From assembly GCA_964016885.1 (NCBI GenBank), contig OZ024743.1:77624001-77688000 (forward strand): DNA of 64,000 bases. The letters run 5' to 3'. Both the position numbers and the translations under genes were made by a program. Below, in pieces: positions 1 to 15,800 of the stretch. Under the pieces are notes generated by a model that searched no databases, was not told the DNA's origin, and saw nothing but the letters and a program-made list of their open reading frames with translations. This DNA comes from Eledone cirrhosa. Lineage: Eukaryota. Position 1 is the first letter of the stretch. Every line of letters begins with the position of its first letter.

Positions 1-805
1 TCTCGAACGTGCAGAGCCCCTTGGTAGCACTGCCAGGCCAGGGACCTCTGGAAGTTATCCATGGGTCCCGGGCTGAATGTCCTACCGAACAGGTTGGCCA
101 GTTCGTCTTCCTCCATGCCTAGGGCTTCTCCGAGGGCGTCGTCGCACCTGCTAACCACCAGCCCTCTATAGAATGACGAGGTGGATTCTCCACTGACAGC
201 CGGGTCCGCCTGCCAGAGAGCCGTGAGGGCCTGGGCACACTCGGTGTACCAGGCGCCCAGTTTTCTCGGTCTTTGCTTGACCCAGGATTGCAGCTCGGTG
301 AGTGAGACGAGTCTGGGAAAGGCTCGCCTCACAAACGGGGCCCACACCGGTTGACCGGTGAGGAGTACCTGGAGGTGCCGTAGCCTTAATGCGTGTTTAC
401 GTATCATTAGCCACGGCATCCTCAGCCCTCCTTTCGAAGGGTGTTGACAGCAGATGGATCTCCTCACCATAGGAGCCCGCTTCTTCCAAAGGAATTGGAA
501 GAGTGCGCGCTCCATTTTGGCGAGCGTTTCCCTTGGGCAAGGCACAACAGTCAGGAGGTAGTAGATGACGGACGCTATATAAGTGTTCGCCACCTCCGCC
601 CAACCTTTCAGGAACAGTTTGCACTCAGCCCACTTCTGGGTCAGTGCAAACATCCTGTTCGTTACCTCACCCCAGTTCTTCTCCACCTGGAGGTCTGGTC
701 CGAACCAGACCCCGAGCAACATCACCGGGCCCTCCGTCCAGCGCCCGACGACGCCATCGGAGGGCATCGATCTGCCCCTCCACGTGGCGAGTTGCAGACG
801 GATCG
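1..805 (-). mobile_element. 5'-truncated Tx1/L1-clade non-LTR retrotransposon ORF2 fragment that runs off the left edge of the window
   Basis: The reverse complement aligns with about 11290-12093 of the second copy and translates as an RT C-terminal region (...LGVWFGPDLQVEKNW...FQFLWKKRAPMVRRSICCQHPSKGGL...DNFQRSLAWQCY). Homology stops at gatcg (805), directly followed by satellite TTAA. Confidence 0.9.
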
Positions 806-3800
806 TTAACTCTTTCATTACCATATTTCTAATGAAAGACAATACCTATGTCATTAACCCTTTCCTTACCATATTTCTAATGAAAGACACTGTCTATGTC
901 TTTAACCCTTTCATTACCATATTTATAATGTCAGACACTCTATGTCATTAACCCTTTCGTTACCATATTTCTAATGAAAGATGCTGTATATGTCATTAAC
1001 CCTTTTATTACCATATTTCTAATGAAAGAGACTGTCTATGTCATTAACCTTTTCATTACCATATTTCTAATGAAAGACACTGTCTATGTTTTTAACCCTT
1101 TCATTACAATATTTCTAATGTCAGAGACTCTATGTCATTAACCCTTTCGTTTCCATATTTCTAATGAAAGACACTGTCTATGTCATTAAGCTTTTCATTA
1201 CCATATTTCTAATGAAAGACACTGTCTATGTCACCAACCCTTTCATTACCATATTTCTAATGAAAGACACTGTCTATGCCATTAACCCTGTCGTTGCCAT
1301 ATTTCTAATGAAAGACACTGTCTATGTCTATAACCCTTTCATTACCATATTTCTAATGAAAGACACTACCTATGTCATTAACACTTTCATTACCATATAT
1401 CTAACGAAAGACACTGTCTATTTCTTTAACCCTTTCATTAGCATATTTCTAATGAAAGACACTGTCTATTTCTTTAACCCTTTCATAACCATATTTCTAA
1501 TGAAAGACACTGTCTAGGTCATTAACCCTTCCATTACATATTTCTAATGAACGACACTCTAGGTCTTTAATCCTTTCATTACCATATATCTAATGAAAGA
1601 CACTGTCTATGCCTTTAACACTTTCATTACCGTATTCCTAATGAAGACACTGCCTATGTAATTAACCCTTTCATGACCATATTTCTAATGAAAGACACTG
1701 TCTATGTCTTTAACGTTTTCATTACCTTATATCTAATGAAAGACACTGTCTATGTCTGTAAACATTTCCTTACCATATTTCTAATGAAAGACACTGTCTT
1801 TGTCATTAACCCTTTCGTTGCCATATTTTAAATGAAAGACAATACCTATGTCATTTACACTTTCATTACCAAATTTCTAATGAAAGATACTGTCTATGTC
1901 ATTAACCCGTTGATGACCATATTTCTAATGAATGACACTGTCTATGTAATTAATCCTTTCATTACCATATTTCTAATGAAAAACACTGTTTAGGTCATTA
2001 ACCCCTTTATTACCATATTGCTAATGAGAGACATTGTCTATGTCATTAAACATTTCACTACCATATTACTAATGAAAGACACTGTCTATGTTTTTAACCC
2101 TTTCATTTCCTTATTTCTAATGAAAGACACTACACATATCACCAACCCTTTCATTACCATATATCTAACGAAAGACACTGTCTATTTAATTAACCCTTTC
2201 ATTACCATATCTCTAACGAAAGACACTCTCTATGACATTAAACCTTTCATTACCATATATCAAATGAAAGTCACTGTCTATGTTTTTAAACCTTTCATTA
2301 CCATATTTCTAATGAAAGACACTGTCTATGTCATTAACCCTTTCATTACCATATTTCTAATGAAAGACACTGTCTATGTCTTTAACCCTTCATTACCATA
2401 TTTCTAATGAAAGCCACTCTCTGTCATTAACCCTTTCATTACCATATTTCTAATGAAAGACTCTGTCTATGTCATTAACGCTTTCATTACCGTATTTTTG
2501 TCATGAACCCGGTCATGACCATATTTCTAATGAAAGTCACTGTCTATGTCATTAACCCTTTCATTACCATATTTCTAATGAAAAACACTGTCTAGGTCAT
2601 TAACCCCTTCATTACCATATATCTAACGAAAGACACTGTCTATGTCTTTAACCCTTTCATTACCATATTTCTAATGAAAGACACTGTCTATGTCTTTAAC
2701 CCTTTCATTACCATATTTCTAATGAAAGCCACTCTCTGTCATTAACCCTTTCATTACCATATTTCTAATGAAAGACTCTGTCTATGTCATTAACGCTTTC
2801 ATTACCGTATTTTTGTCATGAACCCGGTCATGACCATATTTCTAATGAAAGTCACTGTCTATGTCATTAACCCTTTCATTACCATATTTCTAATGAAAAA
2901 CACTGTCTAGGTCATTAACCCCTTCATTACCATATATCTAACGAAAGACACTGTCTATGTCTTTAACCCTTTCATTACCATATTTCTAATGTCAGACACT
3001 CTATGTCATTAACCCTTTCGTTACCATATTTCTAATGAAAGACATTGTGTATGTCTTTAACCTTTTCATTACCATATTTCTAATGAAAGACGCTGTCTAT
3101 GTCATTAACTCTTTCATTACCATATTTCTAATGTCAGACACTCTATGTCAATATCCCTTTCGTTACCATATTTCTAATGAAAGACATTGTGTATGTTTTT
3201 AACCCTTTCATTACCATATTTCTAATGAAAGAAGCTGCCTATGCTATTAACCCTTTCATTACCATATATCTAATGAAAGACACTGTCTATGCCTTTAACA
3301 CTTTCATTACCATATTTCTAATCAAAAACAATGTCTAGGTTATTAACCCTTTCATTACCCTATATCTAATGAAAGACACTGTCTATGTCATTAACCTTTT
3401 CATTACCATATTTCTAATGAAAGACACTGTCTATGTCATTAACCCTTTCATTACCATATTTCTAATGAAAGACACTGTCTATGTCATTAACCCTTTCATT
3501 ACCATATTTCTAATGAAAGACACTGTCTATGTCTGTAACCCTTTCATTACCATATTTCTAATTAAAGACACTGTCTATGTCATTAACCCTTTCATTACCA
3601 TATTTCTAATGAAAGACACTGTCTATGCCCTTAAACCTTTCATTACCATATTTCTAATGAAAGACACTACCTATGTTTTTAACCCTTTCATTATCATATT
3701 TCTATGAAAGACACTGTCTATGTCTTCCATTACAATATTTCTAATGAAAGACACTGCCTATGTCATTAACCCTTTCATGACCTTATATCTAATGAAAGAC

Positions 3801-6800
3801 ACGGTCTATATCTTTAACACTTTCATTACCATATTTCTAATGAAAGGCACTGTCTATGTCATTAACCCTTTCATTACCATAATTCTAATGAAAGACAATA
3901 CCTATGTCATTAACCCTTTCATTACCATAATTCTAATGAAGACACTGTCTATACCATTAACCCTTTCATTACCATATTTCTAATGAAAAACACTATCTAG
4001 GTCATTAACCCCTTCATTACCATATTTCTAATGAAAGACACTGTCTAGGTCATTATCCCTTCCATTACCATATTTCTAATGAAGGACCCTCTATATCTTT
4101 AACCCTTTCATTACCATATTTCTAGTGAAAGACACTGTCTATGCCCTTAACCCTTTCATTACCATATATCTAATGAAAGACAGTGTCTCTGTCTTTAACG
4201 CTTTCATTACAATATTTCTAATGAAAGACACAGCCTATGTCATTAACCCATTCATGACCTTATATCTTTAAGCCTTTCATGACCTTATATCTTTAACCCT
4301 TTCATGACCTTATATCTTTAAGCCTTTCATTACCATATCACTAATGAAAGACACTGTCTGTGACATTAACCCTTCCATTACCATAGACACAGTCTATGTC
4401 ACCAACCCTTTCATTACCATATTTCTAATGAAAGACACTGTCTATGTCATTAACCCGTTCATGACCATATTTCTAATGAAAGACACTGTCTATGTCATTA
4501 ACCCTTTCATTACCATATTTCTAATGAAAGACGCTACATATGTCACTCACCCTTTCATTACCGTATTTCTAATGAAAGACACTGTCTATGTCATTAACCC
4601 GTTCATGACCATATTTCTAATGAAAGACACTGTCTATGTCATTAACGATTTCATTACCATATTTCTAATGAAAAACACTGTTTAGAACATTAACCCATGA
4701 AAGACACTGCCTCTGTCTTTAACCTTTTCAATACTATATTTCTAATGAAAGACACTGTCTATGCCTTTAACCCTTTCATTACCATATTTCTAATTAAAGA
4801 CACTGTCTATGTCATTAACCCTTTCATTACCCTATTTATAATGAAAGACACTGTCTATGCCCTTAACCCTTTCATTACCATATTTCTAATGAAAGACACT
4901 ACCTATGTTTTTAACCCTTTCATTATCATATTTCTATGAAAGATACTGTCTATGTCTTTAACGCTTCCATTACAATATTTCTAATGAAAGACACTGCCTA
5001 TGTCATTAACCCTTTCATGACCTTATATCTAATGAAAGACACGGTCTATATCTTTAACACTTTCATTACCATATTTCTAATGAAAGGCACTGTCTATGTC
5101 ATTAACCCTTTCATTACCATAATTCTAATGCAAGACAATACCTATGTCATTAACCCTTTCATTACCATATTTCTAATGAAAGACACTGTCTATGTCTTTA
5201 ACCCTTTCATTACCATATTTCTAATGAAAGCCACTCTCTGTCATTAACCCTTTCATTACCATATTTCTAATGAAAGACTCTGTCTATGTCATTAACGCTT
5301 TCATTACCGTATTTTTGTCATGAACCCGGTCATGACCATATTTCTAATGAAAGTCACTGTCTATGTCATTAACCCTTTCATTACCATATTTCTAATGAAA
5401 AACACTGTCTAGGTCATTAACCCCTTCATTACCATATATCTAACGAAAGACACTGTCTATGTCTTTAACCCTTTCATTACCATATTTCTAATGTCAGACA
5501 CTCTATGTCATTAACCCTTTCGTTACCATATTTCTAATGAAAGACATTGTGTATGTCTTTAACCTTTTCATTACCATATTTCTAATGAAAGACGCTGTCT
5601 ATGTCATTAACTCTTTCATTACCATATTTCTAATGTCATACACTCTATGTCAATAACCCTTTCGTTACCATATTTCTAATGAAAGACATTGTGTATGTTT
5701 TTAACCCTTTCATTACCATATTTCTAATGAAAGAAGCTGCCTATGCTATTAACCCTTTCATTACCATATATCTAATGAAAGACACTGTCTATGCCTTTAA
5801 CACTTTCATTACCATATTTCTAATCAAAAACAATGTCTAGGTTATTAACCCTTTCATTACCCTACATCTAATGAAAGACACTGTCTATGTCATTAACCTT
5901 TTCATTACCATATTTCTAATGAAAGACACTGTCTATGTCATTAACCCTTTCATTACCATATTTCTAATGAAAGACACTGTCTATGTCATTAACCCTTTCA
6001 TTACCATATTTCTAATGAAAGACACTGTCTATGTCTGTAACCCTTTCATTACCATATTTCTAATTAAAGACACTGTCTATGTCATTAACCCTTTCATTAC
6101 CATATTTCTAATGAAAGACACTACCTATGTTTTTAACCCTTTCATTATCATATTTCTATGAAAGACACTGTCTATGTCTTTAACGCTTCCATTACAATAT
6201 TTCTAATGAAAGACACCGCCTATGTCATTAACCCTTTCATGACCTTATATCTAATGAAAGACACGGTCTATATCTTTAACACTTTCATTACCATATTTCT
6301 AATGAAAGGCACTGTCTATGTCATTAACCCTTTCATTACCATAATTCTAATGAAAGACAATACCTATGTCATTAACCCTTTCATTACCATATTTCTAATG
6401 AAAGACACTGTGTATGCCATTAACCCTTTCATTACCATATTTCTAATGAAAAACACTATCTAGGTCATTAACCACTTCATTACCATATTTCTAATGAAAG
6501 ACACTGTCTAGGTCATTAACCCTTCCATTACCATATTTCTAATGAAGGACCCTCTATGTCTTTAACCCTTTCATTACCATATTTCTAATGAAAGACACTG
6601 TCTATGCCCTTAACCCTTTCATTACCATATATCTAATGAAAGACAGTGTCTCTGTCTTTAACGCTTTCATTACAATATTTCTAATGAAAGACACAGCCTA
6701 TGTCATTAACCCTTTCATGACCTTATATCTTTAAGCCTTTCATGACCTTATATCTTTAACCCTTTCATGACCTTATATCTTTAAGCCTTTCATTACCATA

Positions 6801-9800
6801 TCACTAATGAAAGACACTGTCTGTGTCATTAACCCTTCCATTACCATAGACACAGTCTATGTCACCAACCCTTTCATTACCATATTTCTAATGAAAGACA
6901 CTGTCTATGTCATTAACCCGTTCATGACCATATTTCTAATGAAAGACACTGTCTATGTCATTAACCCTTTCATTACCATATTTCTAATGAAAGACGCTAC
7001 ATATGTCACTCACCCTTTCATTACCGTATTTCTAATGAAAGACACTGTCTATGTCATTAACCCGTTCATGACCATATTTCTAATGAAAGACACTGTCTAT
7101 GTCATTAACGATTTCATTACCATATTTCTAATGAAAAACACTGTTTAGAACATTAACCCATGAAAGACACTGCCTCTGTCTTTAACCTTTTCAATACTAT
7201 ATTTCTAATGAAAGACACTGTCTATGCCTTTAACCCTTTCATTACCATATTTCTAATTAAAGACACTGTCTATGTCATTAACCCTTTCATTACCCTATTT
7301 ATAATGAAAGACACTGTCTATGCCCTTAACCCTTTCATTACCATATTTCTAATGAAAGACACTACCTATGTTTTTAACCCTTTCATTATCATATTTCTAT
7401 GAAAGACACTGTCTATGTCTTTAACCCTTTCATGACCTTATATCTAATGAAAGACACGGTCTATATCTTTAACACTTTCATTACCATATTTCTAATGAAA
7501 GGCACTGTCTATGTCATTAACCCTTTCATTACCATAAATCTAATGAAAGACAATACCTATGTCATTAACCCTTTCATTACCATATTTCTAATGAAAGACA
7601 CTGTCTATGTCATTAACCCTTTCATTACCATATTTCTAATGAAAAACACTATCTAGGTCATTAACCCCTTCATTATCATATTTCTAATGAAAGACACTGT
7701 CTAGGTCATTAACCCTTCCATTACCATATTTCTAATGAAGGACACTCTATGTCTTTAACCCTTTCATTACCATATTTCTAATGAAAGACACTGTCTATGC
7801 CCTTAACCCTTTCATTACCATATATCTAATGAAAGACAGTGTCTATGTCTTTAACGCTTTCATTACAATATTTCTAATGAAAGACACAGCCTATGTCATT
7901 AACCCTTTCATGACCTTATATCCTTAAGCCTTTCATGACCTTATATCTTTAACCCTTTCATGACCTTATATCTTTAAGCCTTTCATTACCATATCACTAA
8001 TGAAAGACACTGTCTGTGTCATTAACCCTTCCATTACCATATTTCTAATGAAAGACACTGTCTATGTCATTAACCCGTTCATGACCATATTTCTAATGAA
8101 AGACACTGTCTATGTCATTAACCCTTTCATTACCATATTTCTAATGAAAGACGCTACATATGTCACTCACCCTTTCATTACCGTATTTCTAATGAAAGAC
8201 ACTGTCTATGTCATTAACCCGTTCATGACCATATTTCTAATGAAAGACACTGTCTATGTCATTAACGATTTCATTACCATATTTCTAATGAAAAACACTG
8301 TTTAGGTCATTAACCCATGAAAGACACTGCCTATGTCTTTAACCTTTTCAATACTATATTTCTAATGAAAGTCACTCTCTATGCCTTTAACCCTTTCATT
8401 ACCATATTTCTAATGAAAGACACTGTCTATGTCATTAACACTTTCATTACCGTATTTCTAATGAAAGACACTGTCTATGTCATTAACCCTTTCATTACCA
8501 TATTTCTAATGAAAGACACTACATATGTCATTAACACTTTCATTACCATATATCTAATGAAAGACACTGTCTATGTCTTTAACACTTTCATTACCATATT
8601 TCTAATGAAAAACACTGTCTATTGCATTAACCCTTTCATTACCTATTTCTAATGAAAGACACTGTCTATGCCCTTAACCCTTTCATTACCATATATCTAA
8701 TGAAAGACAGTGTCTATGTCTTTAACGCTTTCATTACAATATTTCTAATGAAAGACACAGCCTATGTCATTAACCCTTTCATGACCTTATATCTTTAAGC
8801 CTTTCATGACCTTATATCTTTAACCCTTTCATGACCTTATATCTTTAAGCCTTTCATTACCATATCACTAATGAAAGACACTGTCTGTGTCATTAACCCT
8901 TCCATTACCATATTTCTAATGAAAGACACTGTCTATGTCATTAACCCGTTCATGACCATATTTCTAATGAAAGACACTGTCTATGTCATTAACCCTTTCG
9001 TTACCATATTTCTAATGAAAGACGCTACATATGTCACTCACCCTTTCATTACCGTATTTCTAATGAAAGACACTGTCTATGTCATTAACCCGTTCATGAC
9101 CATATTTCTAATGAAAGACACTGTCTATGTCATTAACGATTTCATTACCATATTTCTAATGAAAAACACTGTTTAGGTCATTAACCCATGAAAGATACTG
9201 CCTATGTCTTTAACCTTTTCAATACTATATTTCTAATGAAAGTCACTCTCTATGCCTTTAACCCTTTCATTACCATATTTCTAATGAAAGACACTGTCTA
9301 TGTCATTAACACTTTCATTACCATATTTCTAATGAAAGACACTGTCTATGTCATTAACCCTTTCATTACCATATTTCTAATGAAAGACACTACATATGTC
9401 ATTAACACTTTCATTACCATATATCTAATGAAAGACACTGTCTATGTCTTTAACACTTTCATTACCATATTTCTAATGAAAAAAACTGTCTATTGCATTA
9501 ACCCTTTCATTACCTATTTCTAATGAAAGACACTACATATGTCATTAACACTTACATTACCATATTTCTAATGAAAGACACTGTCTATATCTTTAACCAT
9601 TTCATTACCATATCTCTAATGAAAGACACTGTCTGTTTCATTAACCCTTTCATTACCATATTTCTAATAAAAGACACTGTCTATGTCTGTAACCCTTTCC
9701 TTACCATATTTCTAATGAAAGACACTGTCTTTGTCATTAACCCTTTCATTACCATATTTTAAATGAAAGACAATACCTATGTCATTAACCCTTTCATTAC

Positions 9801-12800
9801 CATATTTCTAATGAAAGATACTACCTATGTTTTTAACCCTTTCATTACCATATTTCTGATGAAAGACACTGTCTATGTCATTAACCCGTTGATGACCATA
9901 TTTCTAATGAAAGACACTGTCTATGTAATTAATCCTTTCATTACCATATTTCTAATGAAAAACACTGTCTAGGTCATTAACCTCTTTATTACCATATTGC
10001 TAATGAGAGACATTGTCTATGTCATTAAACATTCACTACCATATTACTAATGAAAGACACTGTCTATGTTTTTAACCCTTTCATTTCCTTATTTCTAATG
10101 AAAGACACTACATATATCACCAACCCTTTCATTACCATATATCTAACGAAAGACACTGTCTATTTCATTAACCCTTTCGTTACCATATCTCTAATGAAAG
10201 ACACTCCTATGACATTAAACCTTTCATTACCATATATCAAATGAAAGACACTCCTATGACATTAAACCTTTCATTACCATATTTCTAATGAAAGACACTT
10301 TCTATGTCTTTAACCCTTTCATTACCATATTTCTAATGAAAGCCACTCTCTGTCATTAACCCTTTCATTACCATATTTCTAATGAAAAACTCTGTCTATT
10401 TCATTAACGCTTTCATTACCGTATTTTTGTCATGAACCCGTTCATGACCATATTTCTAATGAAAGTCACTGTCTATGTCATTAACCCTTTCATTACCATA
10501 TTTCTAATGAAAAACACTATCTAGGTCATTAACCCCTTCATTACCATATTTCTAATGAAAGACACTGTCTAGGTCATTAACCCTTCCATTACAATATTTC
10601 TAATGAAAGACACAGCCTATGTCATTAACCCTTTCAGGACCTTATATCTTTAAACCTTTCATGACCTTATATCTTTAACCCTTTCATGACGTTATATCTT
10701 TAAGCCTTTCATTACCATATCACTAATGAAAGACACTGTCTGTGTCATTAACCCTCCCATTACCATATTTTTAATTAAAGACACAGTCTATGTCACCAAC
10801 CCTTTCATTACCATATTTCTAATGAAAGACACTGTCTATGTCATTAACACTTTCATTACCGTATTTCTAATGAAAGACACTCTCTATGTCATTAACACTT
10901 TCATTACCATATATCTAATGAAAGACACTGTCAATGTCTTTAACACTTTCATTACCATATTTCTAATGAAAAACACTGTCTATTGCATTAACCCTTTCAT
11001 TACCTATTTCTAATGAACGGCTACCTCTCGGAGCCGTTCAAAATCGTGCGGTCCATCCGACAAGGGTGCCCTCTCTCCTCCCTTCTGTATGTGTTGACTC
11101 TCGAGCCACTACTGCGGAAGTGGGAGTTGTTGCAGGGCATCCCTTTGGAACCGGGATTGCGGAAAGCGGTGTCGGCCTACGCCGATGACGTGACAGTAAT
11201 GGTGTCGACGGCCTCCGAAATCGAGGCGGTCGGCACCTAACTGGAGGAGTACGAAAAGTTCACAGGGGCTAAGCTGAACCGGGACAAGTCGATCGGTTTG
11301 CAACTCGGCACGTGGAGGGGCAGACCGATGCCCTCCGATGGCGTCGTCGGACGCTGGACGGAGGGCCCGATGAAGTTGCTCGGGGTCTGGTTCGGACCGG
11401 ACCTCCAGGTGGAGAAAAACTGGGCGGAGGTTACGAACAGGGTGTTTGCACTGACCCAGAAGTGGGCCAGTTGCAAACTATCCCTGAAAGGTCGGGCGGA
11501 GGTGGCGAACACCTACATAGCGTCCGTCATCTACTACCGCCTGACCGTAGTGCCCTGCCCAAGGGAAACCCTCACCAAGATGGAGCGCGCGCTCTTCCAA
11601 TTCCTTTGGAAGAGGCGGGCTCCTATGGTGAGGAGATCCATCTGCTGTCAACACCCTTCGAAAGGAGGGCTGGGAATGCCGTGGCTAATGATGCGTAAAC
11701 ACGCATTAAGGCTACGGCACCTCTACGTATTCCTCACCGGACAACCGGTGTGGGCCTCGTTTGTGAGACGAACCTTTCCCAGACTCGTCTCACTCACCGA
11801 GCTGCAATCCTGGGTCAAGCAAAGACCGGGAAAACTGGGCGCCTGGCACACTGAGTGTGCCCAGGCGCTCACCGCCCTCTGGCAGGCGGATCCGGTTATC
11901 AGTGGAGACTCCTCCGCAACATTCTATAGAGGGCTGGTACGCAGCAGGTGCGACGACGCCCTCGGAGAAGCCCTAGACATGGAGGAGGACGAACTGGCCA
12001 GCCTGTTCGGTAGGACATTCAGCCCGGGACCTATGGACAACTTCCAGAAGTCCCTGGCCTGGTAGTGCTACCGAGGGACTTTACCCGTTCGAGAAAGGCT
12101 CTACAGACACGGGCGCCCGGGTAGGAACCCCGCCAAAAAGATCTGTCCCAGATGCGTGTGCGACGAGGAAACCGTTGCACACGCATTGGTACACTGCTCG
12201 GGCGTAGCCGATCTGTGGGGCTATGTCGAACAACTACTGTCAAGGGTGGGACCGATCCGGTTGACCACCGAGTCTATTGTAATGATCAAGCCGCCTCCCC
12301 CCTTCAAAGATGAAGCAGAGGCGGTGTTTCTGTGCGTACTAGCCATGGCGAAAGAGGTTGTATGGTGGACGCGTCTGAAAGGACTGAGGTCAGGCACCTT
12401 TCTCTCTGGCCAACAACTGGTCCGTTTCTTCCGATATCATTTCGGAAGAAGGATCAGGATGGAGAGAGAGGTGCTGCACCCCAGCCGTTTCTATGAAAGA
12501 TGGGTGAAAGTGGCGAGAATGGCCCGTGTGAATGGGCCTTCACTCTACATCAGACTATAGATGAGGAAGATGAAAGACCAAGGGAGAACCCCTTCTCTGT
12601 GCTCCTGAGGAGAAGGGTTGCACACTTTTTTCGGGGGTGTGTGCGAGGATTTTGTTATAAATTTTATTTTTTGTTATATCTTATTTTATTTTTATATTTT
12701 CTTATTGCCTCCTCCTTATTGAGGACGCCTTTTTGTGTAAACTCCCCCCTTTGTACTTGTGCCACTTTTGATGCCCTAGTGGCAAATAAAAGAAACATAC

Positions 12801-15800
12801 CTATTTCTAATGAAAGACACTACATATGTCATTAACACTTTCATTACCATATATCTAATGAAAGACACTGTCTATGTCATTAACACTTACATTACCTTAT
12901 ATCTAATAAAATACTCTCTCTATATACTTAACCATTTCATTACCATATCTCTAATGAAAGACACTGTCTGTTTCATTAACCCTTTCATTACCATATTTCT
13001 AATAAATGACATTGTCTATATCTTTAACCCTTTCATTACCATATTTCTAATAAAAGACACTGTCTATGTCTGTAACCCTTTCCTTACCATATTTCTAATG
13101 AAAGACACTGTCTTTGTCATTAACCCTTTCATTACCATATTTTAAATGAAAGATACTACCTATGTTTTTAACCCTTTCATTACCATATTTCTAATGAAAG
13201 ACACTATCTATGTCATTAACCCGTTGATGACCATATTTCTAATGAAAGACACTGTCTATGTAATTAATCCTTTCATTACCATATTTCTAATGAAAAACAC
13301 TGTCTAGGTCATTAACCTCTTTATTACCATATTGCTAATGAGAGACATTGTCTATGTCATTAAACATTTCACTACCATATTACTAATGAAAGACACTGTC
13401 TATGTTTTTAACCCTTTCATTTCCTTATTTCTAATGAAAGACACTACACATATCACCAACCCTTTCATTACCATATATCTAACGAAAGACACTGTCTATT
13501 TCATTAACCCTTTCATTACCATATCTCTAATGAAAGACACTCCTATGACATTAAACCTTTCATTACCATATATCAAATGAAAGACACTGTCTATGTTTTT
13601 AAACGTTTCATTACCATATTTCTAATGAAAGACACTGTCTATGTCATTAACCCTTTCATTACCATATTTCTAATGAAAGACACTGTCTATGTCTTTAACC
13701 CTTTTATTACCATATTTCTAATGAAAGCCACTCTTTGTCATTAACCCTTTCATTACCATATTTCTAATGAAAAACTCTGTCTATGTCATTAACGCTTTCA
13801 TTACCGTATTTTTGTCATGAACCCGTTCATGACCATATTTCTAATGAAAGTCACTGTCTATGTCATTAACCCTTTCATTACCATATTTCTAATGAAAAAC
13901 ACTGTCTAGGTCATTAACCCCTTCATTACCATATATCTAACGAAAGACACTGTCTATATCTTTAACCCTTTCATTACCATATTTCTAATGTCAGACACTC
14001 TATGTCATTAACCCTTTCGTTACCATATTTCTAATGAAAGACATTGTGTATGTCTTTAACCTTTTCATTACCATATTTCTAATGAAAGACGCTGTCTATG
14101 TCATTAACTCTTTCATTACCATATTTCTAATGAAAGACGCTGTCTATGTCATTAACCCTTTCGTTACAATATTTCTAATGTCAGACACTCTATGTCATTA
14201 ACCCTTTCGTTACAATATTTCTAATGGAAGACATTGTGTATGTCTTTAACCTTCTCATTACCATATTTCGAATGAAAAAACGCTGTCTATGTCTTCAACA
14301 TTTTCATTACCATATTTCCAATGAAAGAAACTGCCTATGCTATTAACCCTTTCATTACCATATATCTAATGAAAGACACTGTCTATGTCTTTAACACATT
14401 CATTACCATATTTCTAATGAAAAACACTGTCTAGGTTATTAACCCTTTCATTACCCTATATCTAATGAAAGACACTGTCTATGTCATTAACCCTTTCATT
14501 ACCATATTTCTAATGAAAGACGCTGTCTATGTCATTAACCCTTTCATTACTATATTTCGAATGAAAGACACTGTCTATGTCATTAACCCTTTCATTACCA
14601 TATTTCTAATGAAAGACACTGTCTATGTCTGTAACCCTTTCATTACCATATTTCTAATTAAAGACACTGTCTATGTCATTAACCCTTTCATTACCCTATT
14701 TCTAATGAAAGACACTGTCTATGCCCTTAACCCTTTCATTACCATATTTCTAATGAAAGACACTACCTATGTTTTTAACCCTTTCATTATCATATTTCTA
14801 TGAAAGACACTGTCTATGTCTTTAACGCTTCCATTACGATATTTCAATGAAAGTCACTGCCTATGTCATTAACCCTTTCATGACCTTATATCTAATGAAA
14901 GACACGGTCTATACCTTTAACACTTTCACTACCATATTCCTAATGAAAGGCACTGTCTATGTCATTAACCCTTTCATTACCATAATTCTAATGAAAGACA
15001 ATACCTATGCCATTAACCCTTTTATTACCATATTTCTAATGAAAGACACTGTGTATGTCATTAACCCTTTCATTACCATATTTCTAATGAAAAACACTAT
15101 CTAGGTCATTAACCCCTACATTACCATATTTCTAATGAAAGACACTGTCTAGGTCATTAACCCTTCCATTACCATATTTCTAATGAAGGACAATCTATGT
15201 CTTTAACCCTTTTATTACCATATTTCTAATGAAAGACACTGTCTATGCCCTTAACCCTTTCATTACCATATATCTAATGAAAGACAGTGTCTATGTCCTT
15301 AACGCTTTCATTACAATATTTCTAATGAAAGACACAGCCTATGTCATTAACCCTTTCATGACCTTATATCTTTAAGCCTTTCATGACCTTATATCTTTAA
15401 GCCTTTCATTACCATATCACTAATGAAAGACACTGTCTGTGTCATTAACCCTTCCATTACCATATTTCTAATTAAAGACACAGTCTATGTCACCAACCCT
15501 TTCATTACCATATTTCTAATGAAAGACACTATCTATGTCATTAACCCGTTCATGACCATATTTCTAATGAAAGACACTGTCTATGTCATTAACCCTTTCA
15601 TTACCATATTTCTAATGAAAGACGCTACATATGTCACTCACCCTTTCATTACCTTATTTCTAATGAAAGTCACTGTCTATGTCATTAACGATTTCATTAC
15701 CATATTTCTAATGAAAAACACTGTTTAGGTCATTAACCCATGAAAGACACTGCCTATGTCTTTAACCTTTTCAATACTATATTTCAAATGAAAGACACTG

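Noticed and set aside
397-951. Short alternative-frame and antisense ORFs over the LINE fragments (also 11109-12243, 43795-45159, 52291-52737, 63202-63486)
   Set aside because: Shadow frames of retrotransposon coding sequence.
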